Shown here in pieces: positions 19,187 through 28,664 of a stretch of 64,000 bases of DNA. The position numbers were made by a program, and so were the translations under genes. The notes beneath the pieces are model-generated. The model ran no database searches and was not told where the DNA came from. It saw nothing but the letters and a program-made list of their open reading frames with translations. Location: assembly GCA_041920275.1 (NCBI GenBank), contig JAYRSE010000007.1, forward strand, positions 20,517 through 84,516. Direction: 5' to 3'. Origin of the DNA: Minisyncoccota bacterium (GTDB lineage: Bacteria > Patescibacteriota > Minisyncoccia > Phycocordibacterales > UBA12088). Position 1 is the first letter of the stretch. Every line of letters starts with the position of its first letter.

Positions 19187-21227
19187 CGGTCTTCCCGACC
19201 TCGTGTTCCGATTCAAGCGCGCGTATCTCATCGCGTAGCAATGCCGCAGTCTCAAAGTCCAACCGTTTGACCGCTTGTTGCATCTGAGCGCGCTTTTCCT
19301 TAATGAGCGCGGAGACACTCTTCCCGCGCGCATGGTCGAGAACGAGCAATGAGTGCACGGCCTTTTGGTGCTCGTTGCGCATGGTCTCGGTGATATCTTT
19401 GATCGCTTTGCGGACCGTGGTCGGGGTGATGTGGTGTTTGGAGTTGTACGCCTGCTGTATCACGCGACGCCGTTCCGTTTCGTCGATCGCGCGACGCATC
19501 GACTCGGTCATCCCATCGGCGTAAAGCAATACCCTGCCGTTCACATTGCGTGCGGCCCTGCCTATCGTCTGTATGAGCGACGTCTCCGAACGCAAGAATC
19601 CTTCTTTGTCGGCATCGAGTATTCCCACCAGAGAAACTTCCGGCAGATCGAGCCCTTCTCGAAGCAGGTTCACTCCCACAAGCACATCGAACTCGCCTTT
19701 GCGAAACTTGGTGAGTATCTCGATGCGGTCGATCGTCTTTATGTCGCTGTGCAGGTACTCCGCCGCAACTCCTTTATCGCGCAAAAAGCCCGCGAGGTCC
19801 TCCGCCATCTTTTTCGTGAGCGTGGTCACAAGCGCACGTTCCCCCGCTTTCATCGCCCTCTGCGCTTCAATGATGAAATCGCGCACCTGCCCTTGGTAGG
19901 AGCCACCGCTCACGATCGGTCGCACGATGATCTCGGGGTCCAAAAGTCCCGTGGGGCGAATGATCTGCTCGACCGTGGCACCGTTGGGGGGCACGGAAAG
20001 CCCGCGCTCGTAGGCGGCAGGAGTCGCACTCGTGTAGATGATCTGCCCGACCCGTTCGTTGAACTCATCGAACATGAGCGGGCGATTGTCGAGCGCGGAA
20101 GGAAGACGAAACCCGTGCTCGACCAATGTTTCCTTCCGAGCCCGATCTCCCGCATACATACCCGAAAGTTGCGGCACGGTCACATGCGACTCATCGATCA
20201 CGGTGAGAAAGTCAGGTGTTCCATCGGGCAGGTGCGGAAAATACGAGAGCAGGCTGTGCGGTGGCTCACCCGCTTTTCTCCCGTCAAAATGGCGAGAATA
20301 GTTCTCGATGCCGTTGCAGTACCCAACCTCGCGAATGAGTGCGAGATCGTGCATGGTGCGCCGTTTCAAACGCTCATGTTCAAGCACTTTGCCACGCTTT
20401 TCGAGCTCCTTGAGGCGGACGGTAAGCTCGTGCCGTATGTCATGAAGCGCCCGCTTCGTGTCTTCCGCTGAAGTGATGAAATGTTTGGCCGGAAAGAGGA
20501 AAAGGGTGTCATGCGTGCGTACGATCACCCGCGATATGGCGTCGATCTCTTCGATCGCTTGCAGTCGATCTCCAGAAAAAGTGTACCGATAGATCACACG
20601 CTCGTTGGTCGGCATCACCTCGACCATACTACCGCGCGCACGGAAAAGACCGGGCTCAAGGTCCGCACTCGTCCGGGAGAAGTGAATGCGTACCAGCTCC
20701 CGAATGAACGCCGTGCGATCGAGCGGCATACCGCATTCGGAGCGCAGGTGCACTTTCTCATACTCCGCGGGACTTCCAAGGCCGTAGATGCACGACACGG
20801 ACGCGACCACGATCACATCGCGTCGGGTAAGGAGCGCCTGGGTCGACGCGTGTCGCAAGCGCTCTATCTCCGCGTTCACCATCGCTTCCTTTTCTATGTA
20901 GGTGTCGGAAACCGGCATGTACGCTTCCGGTTGATAGAAGTCATAGTAGGACACGAAGTAGTGCACCGCATTGTCGGGAAAGAACTCGCGATACTCCTGT
21001 GCCAGTTGCGCTGCAAGTGTTTTGTTATGGGCGATCACGAGCGCGGGCTTTCGCACCTGAGCTATCACGTTGGCGATCGTGTAGGTCTTGCCGGTGCCGG
21101 TCGCCCCGAGGAGTGTCTGATGCCGCAGTCCGTCTTGCACGCCCGACACCAGTGCGCGTATCGCTTCCGGCTGGTCGCCGGCGGGAGGAAACGGGCTGTG
21201 GAGAGAAAAGTCGGGTGATGTTGACAT
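19179..21227 (-). CDS. uvrB: Excinuclease ABC subunit B
   Basis: LGATGTGKT, HNKTLAAQL, DESH, NLLREGLDLPEV and the C-terminal FETAALLRD motif. Confidence 0.97.
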   Translation of the reverse strand: MSTSPDFSLHSPFPPAGDQPEAIRALVSGVQDGLRHQTLLGATGTGKTYTIANVIAQVRKPALVIAHNKTLAAQLAQEYREFFPDNAVHYFVSYYDFYQPEAYMPVSDTYIEKEAMVNAEIERLRHASTQALLTRRDVIVVASVSCIYGLGSPAEYEKVHLRSECGMPLDRTAFIRELVRIHFSRTSADLEPGLFRARGSMVEVMPTNERVIYRYTFSGDRLQAIEEIDAISRVIVRTHDTLFLFPAKHFITSAEDTKRALHDIRHELTVRLKELEKRGKVLEHERLKRRTMHDLALIREVGYCNGIENYSRHFDGRKAGEPPHSLLSYFPHLPDGTPDFLTVIDESHVTVPQLSGMYAGDRARKETLVEHGFRLPSALDNRPLMFDEFNERVGQIIYTSATPAAYERGLSVPPNGATVEQIIRPTGLLDPEIIVRPIVSGGSYQGQVRDFIIEAQRAMKAGERALVTTLTKKMAEDLAGFLRDKGVAAEYLHSDIKTIDRIEILTKFRKGEFDVLVGVNLLREGLDLPEVSLVGILDADKEGFLRSETSLIQTIGRAARNVNGRVLLYADGMTESMRRAIDETERRRVIQQAYNSKHHITPTTVRKAIKDITETMRNEHQKAVHSLLVLDHARGKSVSALIKEKRAQMQQAVKRLDFETAALLRDEIRALESEHEVGKTAT

Positions 21228-21285
21228 AATACATATTGTATCGTATCTTGCGTACAGTTTCAACCTGTCAAAGAGGGTGTGGCGC

Positions 21286-21579
21286 ATGGAGACTGAGAAT
21301 ACCCATGTTCAGGAAGGCGACCATGTCATCCATGATGAGCAGTATGGCACTGTGAAGATCGTGCGCGATCTGCACGGCCATCATCCGAAGATCCTGTACC
21401 GGGGAGACAAGAAATTTCGAGACGATAAGGAGAGTTGGCATCATGGAACAGAAGCACTCCATGAGGCATTCTCCCTCATGGGGTTTCGCCTTAACCCGAT
21501 CTTCCGGAATTTCCGCATCACCACTTATGAAGTGACGCGCGGTGGTCCTTGCGGACTGTTCCTCCTCAAGAAGGAATGA
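21286..21579 (+). CDS. Hypothetical His-rich protein (97 aa)
   Basis: Fills the uvrB-tgt gap; GAGGG upstream; N-terminus GDHVIHDEQYG is SH3-like. Confidence 0.55.
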   Translation: METENTHVQEGDHVIHDEQYGTVKIVRDLHGHHPKILYRGDKKFRDDKESWHHGTEALHEAFSLMGFRLNPIFRNFRITTYEVTRGGPCGLFLLKKE

Positions 21580-21648
21580 ACGGCAATCGGCGTCGAGCAA
21601 CCCGCTCGGTGCCGATCTTTGTTTCGGACATTCGGCATGAAAAAATTT

Positions 21649-22824
21649 TCACAGTAGCTCCTGTCGCAATCGTCGCACCAAGCTCGCGAGGAAATAAAGA
21701 TTGTGTACGCTCGCAAATGTCGCACCGAGCATCTCATGCGCGATGAAAAGATGCCGAAGGTATGCGCGTGTGTAGCCGGCCCCGCAGACCATGCACGCAC
21801 ACCCGGGGTCGACCGGCGAAAAGTCTCGCGTATAGCACTCGTTCGTGAGTGACATCTTTACACCTTCGGGTCCGTAGACCATGCCGGTTCGGGCAAGTCG
21901 TGTGGGCTGCACACAGTCGAACAGGTCGACACCCTGCTCCACCCCGCGGATCAAGTCCTCCGGCTCACCGATCCCGAGCAAGTGACGCGGCTTCTCGGGC
22001 GGGAGCTCATCGGTCACCCACCCGACCGCGGTATCGAGGTCGAGCTTTCGGTAACTGCCTCCGATACCGTACCCGTCGAACTCCATGCGGGCGAGCGTGC
22101 GAGCGCTTTCCCGGCGCAGGTCCTCGAATCTGCCGCCCTGCACGATACCGAATATCCCTTGTCGCGTCCCCGCTTCAACATTTTGCCGGTGTGCACGCAG
22201 CGAACGTTCCGCCCACCGGTGCGTGCGTTCCATCGCCTCCCGCTGGTACGCGTGGTCCGCTTCGGCTCCGGTGCATTCATCGAACGCGAAGAAGATGTCC
22301 GCGCCGAGCGCATGTTGTATCTCAACACTCCGCTCGGGAGTGAAGCGGTGGAGCGAGCCGTCGATATGCGACGTGAAGCTCACCCCCTCTTCGTCGATCT
22401 GTGCGAGTTTGCCGTGCGAGGTGGCAACATCCGGATCGAACACACTTGCCACACGCGTATCCGCGTCCAACTCTTCGCGCGACACCTTGGAGACCGTTTT
22501 TCCGTATGCGGCGCCGAGCGAAAATACCTGAAACCCACCCGAGTCGGTGAGGAGCGGACCGTTCCACCCCATAAACGCATGCAGTCCGCCGGCGGAGCGG
22601 ACCGCTTCGCTGCCGGGCTGCAGATGCAAATGGTAGGTGTTCGCGATGATCGTCTGCACACCAACCCCGTGCAGCATATCGACGGTCACACCCTTCACGG
22701 TCGCCTTGGTGCCGACCGCCACGAAGGCAGGCGTCTCGATGTCGCCATGCGGCGTTCGAATGACACCGGCTCGGGCTTTGGAACCTCTTGAACGAGCGAG
22801 TATCTCGAAAGTGATGGGTTGCAT
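21649..22824 (-). CDS. tgt: tRNA-guanine transglycosylase
   Basis: LTDSGGFQVFSL, GIVQGG, HLLGIG, DLFDCV and the C-terminal CxCxxC...H Zn site. Confidence 0.96.
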   Translation of the reverse strand: MQPITFEILARSRGSKARAGVIRTPHGDIETPAFVAVGTKATVKGVTVDMLHGVGVQTIIANTYHLHLQPGSEAVRSAGGLHAFMGWNGPLLTDSGGFQVFSLGAAYGKTVSKVSREELDADTRVASVFDPDVATSHGKLAQIDEEGVSFTSHIDGSLHRFTPERSVEIQHALGADIFFAFDECTGAEADHAYQREAMERTHRWAERSLRAHRQNVEAGTRQGIFGIVQGGRFEDLRRESARTLARMEFDGYGIGGSYRKLDLDTAVGWVTDELPPEKPRHLLGIGEPEDLIRGVEQGVDLFDCVQPTRLARTGMVYGPEGVKMSLTNECYTRDFSPVDPGCACMVCGAGYTRAYLRHLFIAHEMLGATFASVHNLYFLASLVRRLRQELL

Positions 22825-22871
22825 GGATAGCTTGATACGTGTCGACAGCAGCGCGACAGGTGTTTCGTATC

Positions 22872-23408
22872 CTATCGCTCACGCATGCGCCACGCAAGGA
22901 ACGCGAGGAGTGTGAAAAGCGTGAATCCCATCCACGGCAAGGTGACAAACCCGAACTCGAACACATACCGTGCCACACAATCACCCCCGTCCGCAAACGC
23001 ACCACACAATGCGCCGTCCGTCACCCCCATCTGGTAGAGATGGTGGTACAGTGTGATCGCCATGCCCGCCACGGAAAGCGAAAGAAGGTACGGCCACACG
23101 TTCTTGTCCTTGCGCACCCATGCCACGCTCGCAATGAGCGCGTAGGGAAAAAGCATGGTTCGTGAAAGCCAACACAACACGCAGGTTGGGAAACCAACGA
23201 CTTCCGAATAGAAGAGCGAAAGCAATACTCCCAACAATGCGCTTACACTTGCGAACGGTAGTATGTGAGTAAGAAGTGGGCGATCGAATGCGGACGGCAA
23301 CCACGCATGCATCATGGCTCGGGAGACGGCAAGAAAGACCAGGACCACACCCAAACACACCGTAACGACCGCAAAAAGATACGTGAGCGATGCAACGTAC
23401 GGTTCCAT
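22872..23408 (-). CDS. dsbB: Disulfide bond formation protein B (BdbC-like)
   Basis: PTCVLCW motif; multiple TM helices; second Cys pair. Confidence 0.85.
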   Translation of the reverse strand: MEPYVASLTYLFAVVTVCLGVVLVFLAVSRAMMHAWLPSAFDRPLLTHILPFASVSALLGVLLSLFYSEVVGFPTCVLCWLSRTMLFPYALIASVAWVRKDKNVWPYLLSLSVAGMAITLYHHLYQMGVTDGALCGAFADGGDCVARYVFEFGFVTLPWMGFTLFTLLAFLAWRMRER

Positions 23409-23412
23409 ACAC

Positions 23413-23832
23413 CTACTCTGCCGCCTGTGCCGGAACGGGGCAGTCGGTCGCCTCGGCTAGACCCGCAAGCGCCACCCTGCCCACCACCTGCTCACCACTG
23501 GAAAACACCCACGTGGGATATGCGGTTATCTGCGCATCAGCACATGCTTGTGTCTGCCCGCGACCATCCGGTGTCGTGCATTCAACGTATGGGAGCATTT
23601 TTGCTGCATCGCCGAAATCTCTTTTCTGCGCTTGACAGTGTGAGCAAGTGAACGAGCCATAGAACTTAGCGCCGCGTTCGGTGAGACAAGTGGCAAGCGC
23701 CGCAAGCCCTTGCGTATCTTTTGACGCCGCACCCGAACCACTGTTGCCCGTGAAGTAAAAGATACCCACAAGTGCGCCAACGATGATCGCGGTCGCAAGC
23801 AAGGTGAAAATGAGTGATTTATGTTTTTTCAT
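23413..23832 (-). CDS. Membrane-anchored thioredoxin-fold protein (VKOR-partner-like)
   Basis: FYGSFTCSHC, YVEC and YPTW motifs. Confidence 0.85.
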   Translation of the reverse strand: MKKHKSLIFTLLATAIIVGALVGIFYFTGNSGSGAASKDTQGLAALATCLTERGAKFYGSFTCSHCQAQKRDFGDAAKMLPYVECTTPDGRGQTQACADAQITAYPTWVFSSGEQVVGRVALAGLAEATDCPVPAQAAE

Positions 23833-23931
23833 ATAAATTACCATTAAGCTCTTCAATATCGCTCCTCTATGATACCCGCAAAACCTATCGAAACCAAATC
23901 GTTAGATCGCGCTGTGAAATTTTCCACCGCT

Positions 23932-24540
23932 CTATTGCCCTGTGCTGGTATTGAATCGCACCATCGCGACCTCCCTGCCCTCGTCGATGATCGCGAGCGC
24001 CGCCTGGGCCGCTCTGTCGGCGCTTGTGAGAAGTTCCTCCCATACCGCACCACGCAACGAACGAAGGACGAAGTTGTCCAACTCCTCACCTTTCGCGGGC
24101 TTGGCAATGGTGCCGTCTTGAGCGCGCGGAGCGATGCCGATACGTACCCGCACGAACGCCTTGCTCGCAAACGCTCGCTCGAGCGACAGCACACCATTGT
24201 GGCCACCGGCTCCACGATCGAATGCGACCCGCACGACCCCTTGTGGCAGATCGATGTCATCATGCAGTACGATCACGTGCGCAAGGTCATCCACCCGCTC
24301 TCTGAATGGTCGCACTGAAACTCCCGATCGGTTCATGAACGTCTCGGGCAAGAGAAATGTGACGCTCGCACCACCACGCGTCACTCCTCGCGTCACCCGC
24401 GCTCGAGCGAGCGTATCGGTGTGCCATTCCGCACACGAGCACATGACCGATAGACGTTCAACAGCGACCCTGCCCACATTGTGCCTGCTGGTGGCATACC
24501 GATCACCCGGATTCCCAAGACCGACTACGAGATACTCCAT
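23932..24540 (-). CDS. pth: Peptidyl-tRNA hydrolase
   Basis: VGLGNPG, RHNVG, FMNRSG, HDDIDL and GGHNG motifs. Confidence 0.96.
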   Translation of the reverse strand: MEYLVVGLGNPGDRYATSRHNVGRVAVERLSVMCSCAEWHTDTLARARVTRGVTRGGASVTFLLPETFMNRSGVSVRPFRERVDDLAHVIVLHDDIDLPQGVVRVAFDRGAGGHNGVLSLERAFASKAFVRVRIGIAPRAQDGTIAKPAKGEELDNFVLRSLRGAVWEELLTSADRAAQAALAIIDEGREVAMVRFNTSTGQ

Positions 24541-24666
24541 GCGTTGCAGTATACAAAATGATCGTAGTCCATGAAAGCGGATCAAAGTGATATGCGGAGC
24601 ATGTTGCAACACTTGCACACTTCATTTTTGTGGTATACTTACCATATCGTTCACCTCTCCTGTTCT

Positions 24667-25350
24667 ATGGATCCGCTTAACATACAACCGCGCTCCACGT
24701 ATCGCGCATTGCAGAACTCACAATCGTTCGAAAGCGACACGGAGGATTGGAACGAGATTGACCGTAACGAAGTGCCCGAAGCCGATCGACCACAGGAAAG
24801 CATCATCAGCGAGATATTCAAGTTCTCCGTACTCGCGATCGCGATCGTCATCCCGTTCCGCATCTACATCGCACAACCGTTCGTGGTGAGCGGTGCATCG
24901 ATGGCGCCCACCTTCGAAACCGGCGAGTACCTCATCGTCGACCGCGCCACCTACCATTTTGAACAACCGCAACGGGGCGATGTGGTCATATTTCGCTACC
25001 CCAGCGACCCGTCGAAATTTTTCATTAAGCGAATCATCGGTCTTCCGGGTGAGACTGTCGAACTTGCCAACGGCGTAAGTTCGATCGTGGGAACGAACGG
25101 TGAACGTGTCTCGCTCGACGAACCGTACCTCAAGACCGACCGCACGGACGACCACATCACCACCCGACTATCCTCGGACGAATACTTCGTGATGGGTGAC
25201 AACCGTGGTGCGAGCTCCGACTCGAGAACATGGGGACCCGTTCCTCGCGAGAACATCGTGGGAAGGGCGCTCATTCGTCTTTTGCCTCCGACACACTTCG
25301 GCATATTTCCCGGGAGCTACACATATACTCGGGAAGTGCCCGCTTCATAA
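24667..25350 (+). CDS. lepB: Signal peptidase I
   Basis: SGASMAPT, FIKRIIGLPG and MGDNRGASSDSR motifs. Confidence 0.95.
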   Translation: MDPLNIQPRSTYRALQNSQSFESDTEDWNEIDRNEVPEADRPQESIISEIFKFSVLAIAIVIPFRIYIAQPFVVSGASMAPTFETGEYLIVDRATYHFEQPQRGDVVIFRYPSDPSKFFIKRIIGLPGETVELANGVSSIVGTNGERVSLDEPYLKTDRTDDHITTRLSSDEYFVMGDNRGASSDSRTWGPVPRENIVGRALIRLLPPTHFGIFPGSYTYTREVPAS

Positions 25351-25359
25351 CGTCGTCCC

Positions 25360-26541
25360 ATGAGATCGACATCGCTGCCAACACAAACATTCTTCAAGCG
25401 CGCCATGGCGGTCGCAGAACATTACGGCTTTTGCAACGTCGACGACCTCGCGTTGCACGAGCACCCCTCTTGTACGAGCGCACACACGATCGATGCGCCG
25501 CTCCCCGAACCGAACAAGATCGACTCGCACGTCATAGAACACGCACTTGCGCGCCTGACCGAGTCGATCGAACTTCGCAAACGGAACGCCATCTTGTTCT
25601 ACACACCATCTCTCGTGCGACATGCGAGCGCGCCCGGCTCGACACTTTCCGCACTCACCTTGAATGCTATCGGCTCATCCGACCCGCTCACTGAAATAGT
25701 CGTCATCAAAAGCACCGCCACCATCCTCGAAGAACTCGGGAACCGTAACGTGACATTGCGCATCAACAGTCTCGGGGACGGTGACTCCGCCACCCGTTTC
25801 GTCCGTGAAGTGGGGACAAAACTTCGTCAGTGCGCAAAAGACCTACCACACCATCTCTCCGAGTTATTGCGGCACGATGTGCGTGCCGCAATAACGCGAT
25901 GCTACGAAGATCGTCATCCCGTGACCGAGAACCTACCGCGGCCCATCGAGTTCCTCACCGCACCAAGTCGCCGGCACTTCAAGCAGATACTTGAGCTCCT
26001 GGAACAAGCGAGTATCCCGTTCGAGATCGACGACATGCTGTACGGCAATCAAAGTATGTACGCACACACGATCTTCGAGTTCATAAACCAACCACTCACC
26101 CCGAATACAGCACCGATCACGCTTGCTCGTGGCGGTCGCTACGATACGCTTACCCGTTCACACGCGCGCACCATGGTACCCGCGACCGGTGCGGTCATTG
26201 CCCTCCCGACCGATCACGGGGCTTCCGATGGTGACATAGCACGTCCGCGGATCAAGAAACCATCCACCTGCTTGGTGCATATCGGTCGTGAGGCGCGTAT
26301 CAAGAGCATCTCCATCATCGAAGCGTTCAGGCGAGCGAAAATACCCATCGGTCAGTGCCTGCAATTCGAACGGTTCTCCGAGCAGGTCGCCTATGCGGAG
26401 TCCCGTGGCGCGCGGTACATCATCATACTTGGTCAACGCGAAGTGCATGATAATGTGGTGATGATCCGCGATGTGAGCGACCGTTCGCAAAGGACCATCC
26501 CCATTACCGCACTTACCGACTTTGTCCGCTCCGCATTATAA
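25360..26541 (+). CDS. Degenerate histidyl-tRNA synthetase paralog
   Basis: INSLGD, ARGGRYD and a C-terminal anticodon-binding-type domain are present; class II motif 2 is not recognisable. Confidence 0.75.
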   Translation: MRSTSLPTQTFFKRAMAVAEHYGFCNVDDLALHEHPSCTSAHTIDAPLPEPNKIDSHVIEHALARLTESIELRKRNAILFYTPSLVRHASAPGSTLSALTLNAIGSSDPLTEIVVIKSTATILEELGNRNVTLRINSLGDGDSATRFVREVGTKLRQCAKDLPHHLSELLRHDVRAAITRCYEDRHPVTENLPRPIEFLTAPSRRHFKQILELLEQASIPFEIDDMLYGNQSMYAHTIFEFINQPLTPNTAPITLARGGRYDTLTRSHARTMVPATGAVIALPTDHGASDGDIARPRIKKPSTCLVHIGREARIKSISIIEAFRRAKIPIGQCLQFERFSEQVAYAESRGARYIIILGQREVHDNVVMIRDVSDRSQRTIPITALTDFVRSAL

Positions 26542-26631
26542 ATTATAACAATGCCGTGACGTGCGACCCCGGCGCCACTTGACGCCGATTCGCGCCGTGT
26601 CAACTCACGAAACCATGACACCGAAGCGCGC

Positions 26632-26660
26632 TTGCACGACGCTTTCCCCCATGGTACAGT
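26632..26660 (+). promoter_or_regulatory. Sigma70 promoter of rpsU
   Basis: TTGCAC-17 nt-TACAGT, 9 nt before the ATG. Confidence 0.65.
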
Positions 26661-26669
26661 GGGGGCACT

Positions 26670-26915
26670 ATGATAGTTCACACTGAAGTCGTTCGACACG
26701 GCAACGAGAACGTGCTCGGCATGATGCGCAGATTTACCCGCAAATCACAAGGGAGCGGGGTCGTGAAGCGGGTACGCTCTCTGCGGTACCACGAACGCAC
26801 TCCTTCGTCAACCCGCAAAAAATTGGACGCCCTCACCCGCATCAAACGCACGGAAGAGTACATGGCACTCTACAAACTCGGGCGCGAACCGCAAACGAAA
26901 AAGAAACGTCGATAG
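26670..26915 (+). CDS. rpsU: 30S ribosomal protein bS21-like
   Basis: EVVRHGNENVLGMMRRFTRK...RYHERTPS; small and basic. Confidence 0.75.
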   Translation: MIVHTEVVRHGNENVLGMMRRFTRKSQGSGVVKRVRSLRYHERTPSSTRKKLDALTRIKRTEEYMALYKLGREPQTKKKRR

Positions 26916-26920
26916 ACACC

Positions 26921-27316
26921 ATGACGGAACGACCGTCGAATTGCGTGATAACGAGCACGGTCCGAAGGTCGGTCGATACCGGCGACCTTTGCGGTATCGC
27001 ACAGCACATACTCGGTAAAGAGTATCAGCTTTCGATAGTCATCACCGGTGACATGCGCGCACGCCGCATCAACCGTACCTACCGCCACAAGGACTACGCT
27101 CCGAACGTCCTCTCCTTCCCGCTCGATGAACGATCGGGGGAAATATATTTGAACATCGCACGCATCACGCGCGAATGCCATTCGTTCAAACTCTCTCCGA
27201 AGGGCCATCTGCGCTACTTGCTTATCCACGGATGTCTCCATTTGAAGGGGTACCGCCATGGGAGTACAATGGACCATACGGAGCAGGAACTCATTGAGCG
27301 ATTCAATATCGTATAG
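26921..27316 (+). CDS. ybeY: rRNA maturation RNase YbeY
   Basis: NVLSFP, GEIYL and HGCLHLKGYRH motifs. Confidence 0.93.
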   Translation: MTERPSNCVITSTVRRSVDTGDLCGIAQHILGKEYQLSIVITGDMRARRINRTYRHKDYAPNVLSFPLDERSGEIYLNIARITRECHSFKLSPKGHLRYLLIHGCLHLKGYRHGSTMDHTEQELIERFNIV

Positions 27317-27383
27317 GATCGCCCACTCGGACACATGCTTTCGTGCGAATGACGCCGCATGGTATGGCGCCCCTTGTATTACT

Positions 27384-28544
27384 ATGTCACGAACTCATGC
27401 CGTCGGAATCGATATAGGCACCTACCAGATAAAGGTGGTGGTCGCTTCGACTTCGAAAAAAGACCAGCGCCCTATCATTATGGGTACCGGATACGCACAA
27501 TCCCGCGGTATACGCCATGGCTACATCATCAATAAGGATGACATGGTGCGTACACTTCAAGCGGCTATCAAGCAAGCGGAAAAGGAGTCGGGATTCGCGA
27601 TCCGTCACGCATTCCTTTCAGTTGGAGGTATCGGTCTTGAAGAGTACCGTTCACGCGCAGAGATCATCATATCGCGAGCGGACGGTGAAGTGACCGAGCT
27701 CGACACCAAGAATGTCCTCGACGAGAGCGAGCGCAAGATCTCCTCACGCCTCACCAACCGCAAAGTGATCCACGCAATACCGCTTTCGCACCGCATCGAC
27801 GGAGAGCGAGTGCTCGGGCGTCCCGTGGGCATGAAGGGTACCAAGCTCGAAGTGGAAGCGCTGTTCGTAACGAGTCTGGAGCAACATGTGAACGACCTCA
27901 TAGCGGTGGTCGAAGAACTCGGCATTTCGGTGACGGATGTCATGGCAAGCCCCATCGCGGGGAGTTTCGTGACACTCACCAAGGCGCAGAAGATCGCCGG
28001 TGTGGTCCTTGCGAACATCGGAGCGGAGACCGTGTCCATCGCGGTCTTCGAGAACGAAACACCCATCAGTGTACGCGTATTTCCCATCGGTTCGACCGCC
28101 ATTACGCACGACATCGCGCTCGGACTCAAACTCTCTCTCGAAGATGCCGAGGAAGCGAAGGTGGGTTCTCAGAATGCACCGGTCGGATCGCAAAAGCGCT
28201 TGGATGAGATCATCACCAACCGTCTCTCGGACATTTTCCGCCTCATCGACGCACATCTTAAAAAGATCGGCAAGAATGGTCTGTTGCCCGCCGGCATCGT
28301 TATATCGGGCGGCGGATCAGGTGTCACCACGATCGAGGACGTGGCAAAGGTCGCACTCAGGCTTCCCAGTAAGCGCGCAACGTTCACGACACCACAGCCG
28401 ACCAAACTCAAAGATTCAAGCTGGGCGGTTGCGTACGGTCTGTGCATTTGGGGACTTCGGAACGAAACGCAGACGAACACGTTCTCCACTTTGCGCGAGA
28501 ACGCATCCGGCGCACTCCAATGGTTCAAACAATTTCTACCCTAG
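27384..28544 (+). CDS. ftsA: Cell division protein FtsA
   Basis: GIDIGT, NIGAET and ISGGGS motifs; directly upstream of ftsZ. Confidence 0.93.
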   Translation: MSRTHAVGIDIGTYQIKVVVASTSKKDQRPIIMGTGYAQSRGIRHGYIINKDDMVRTLQAAIKQAEKESGFAIRHAFLSVGGIGLEEYRSRAEIIISRADGEVTELDTKNVLDESERKISSRLTNRKVIHAIPLSHRIDGERVLGRPVGMKGTKLEVEALFVTSLEQHVNDLIAVVEELGISVTDVMASPIAGSFVTLTKAQKIAGVVLANIGAETVSIAVFENETPISVRVFPIGSTAITHDIALGLKLSLEDAEEAKVGSQNAPVGSQKRLDEIITNRLSDIFRLIDAHLKKIGKNGLLPAGIVISGGGSGVTTIEDVAKVALRLPSKRATFTTPQPTKLKDSSWAVAYGLCIWGLRNETQTNTFSTLRENASGALQWFKQFLP

Positions 28545-28664
28545 CAGCCAAAAGCATAGCGCTTCCTCTTGTGCCGCATGATACATGCGGACTTTTTGTC
28601 AACAGTTACGCTTCTCTTTTTATTTGCTATAGTGCATACCACATAACGATCAAGCACAATACAT

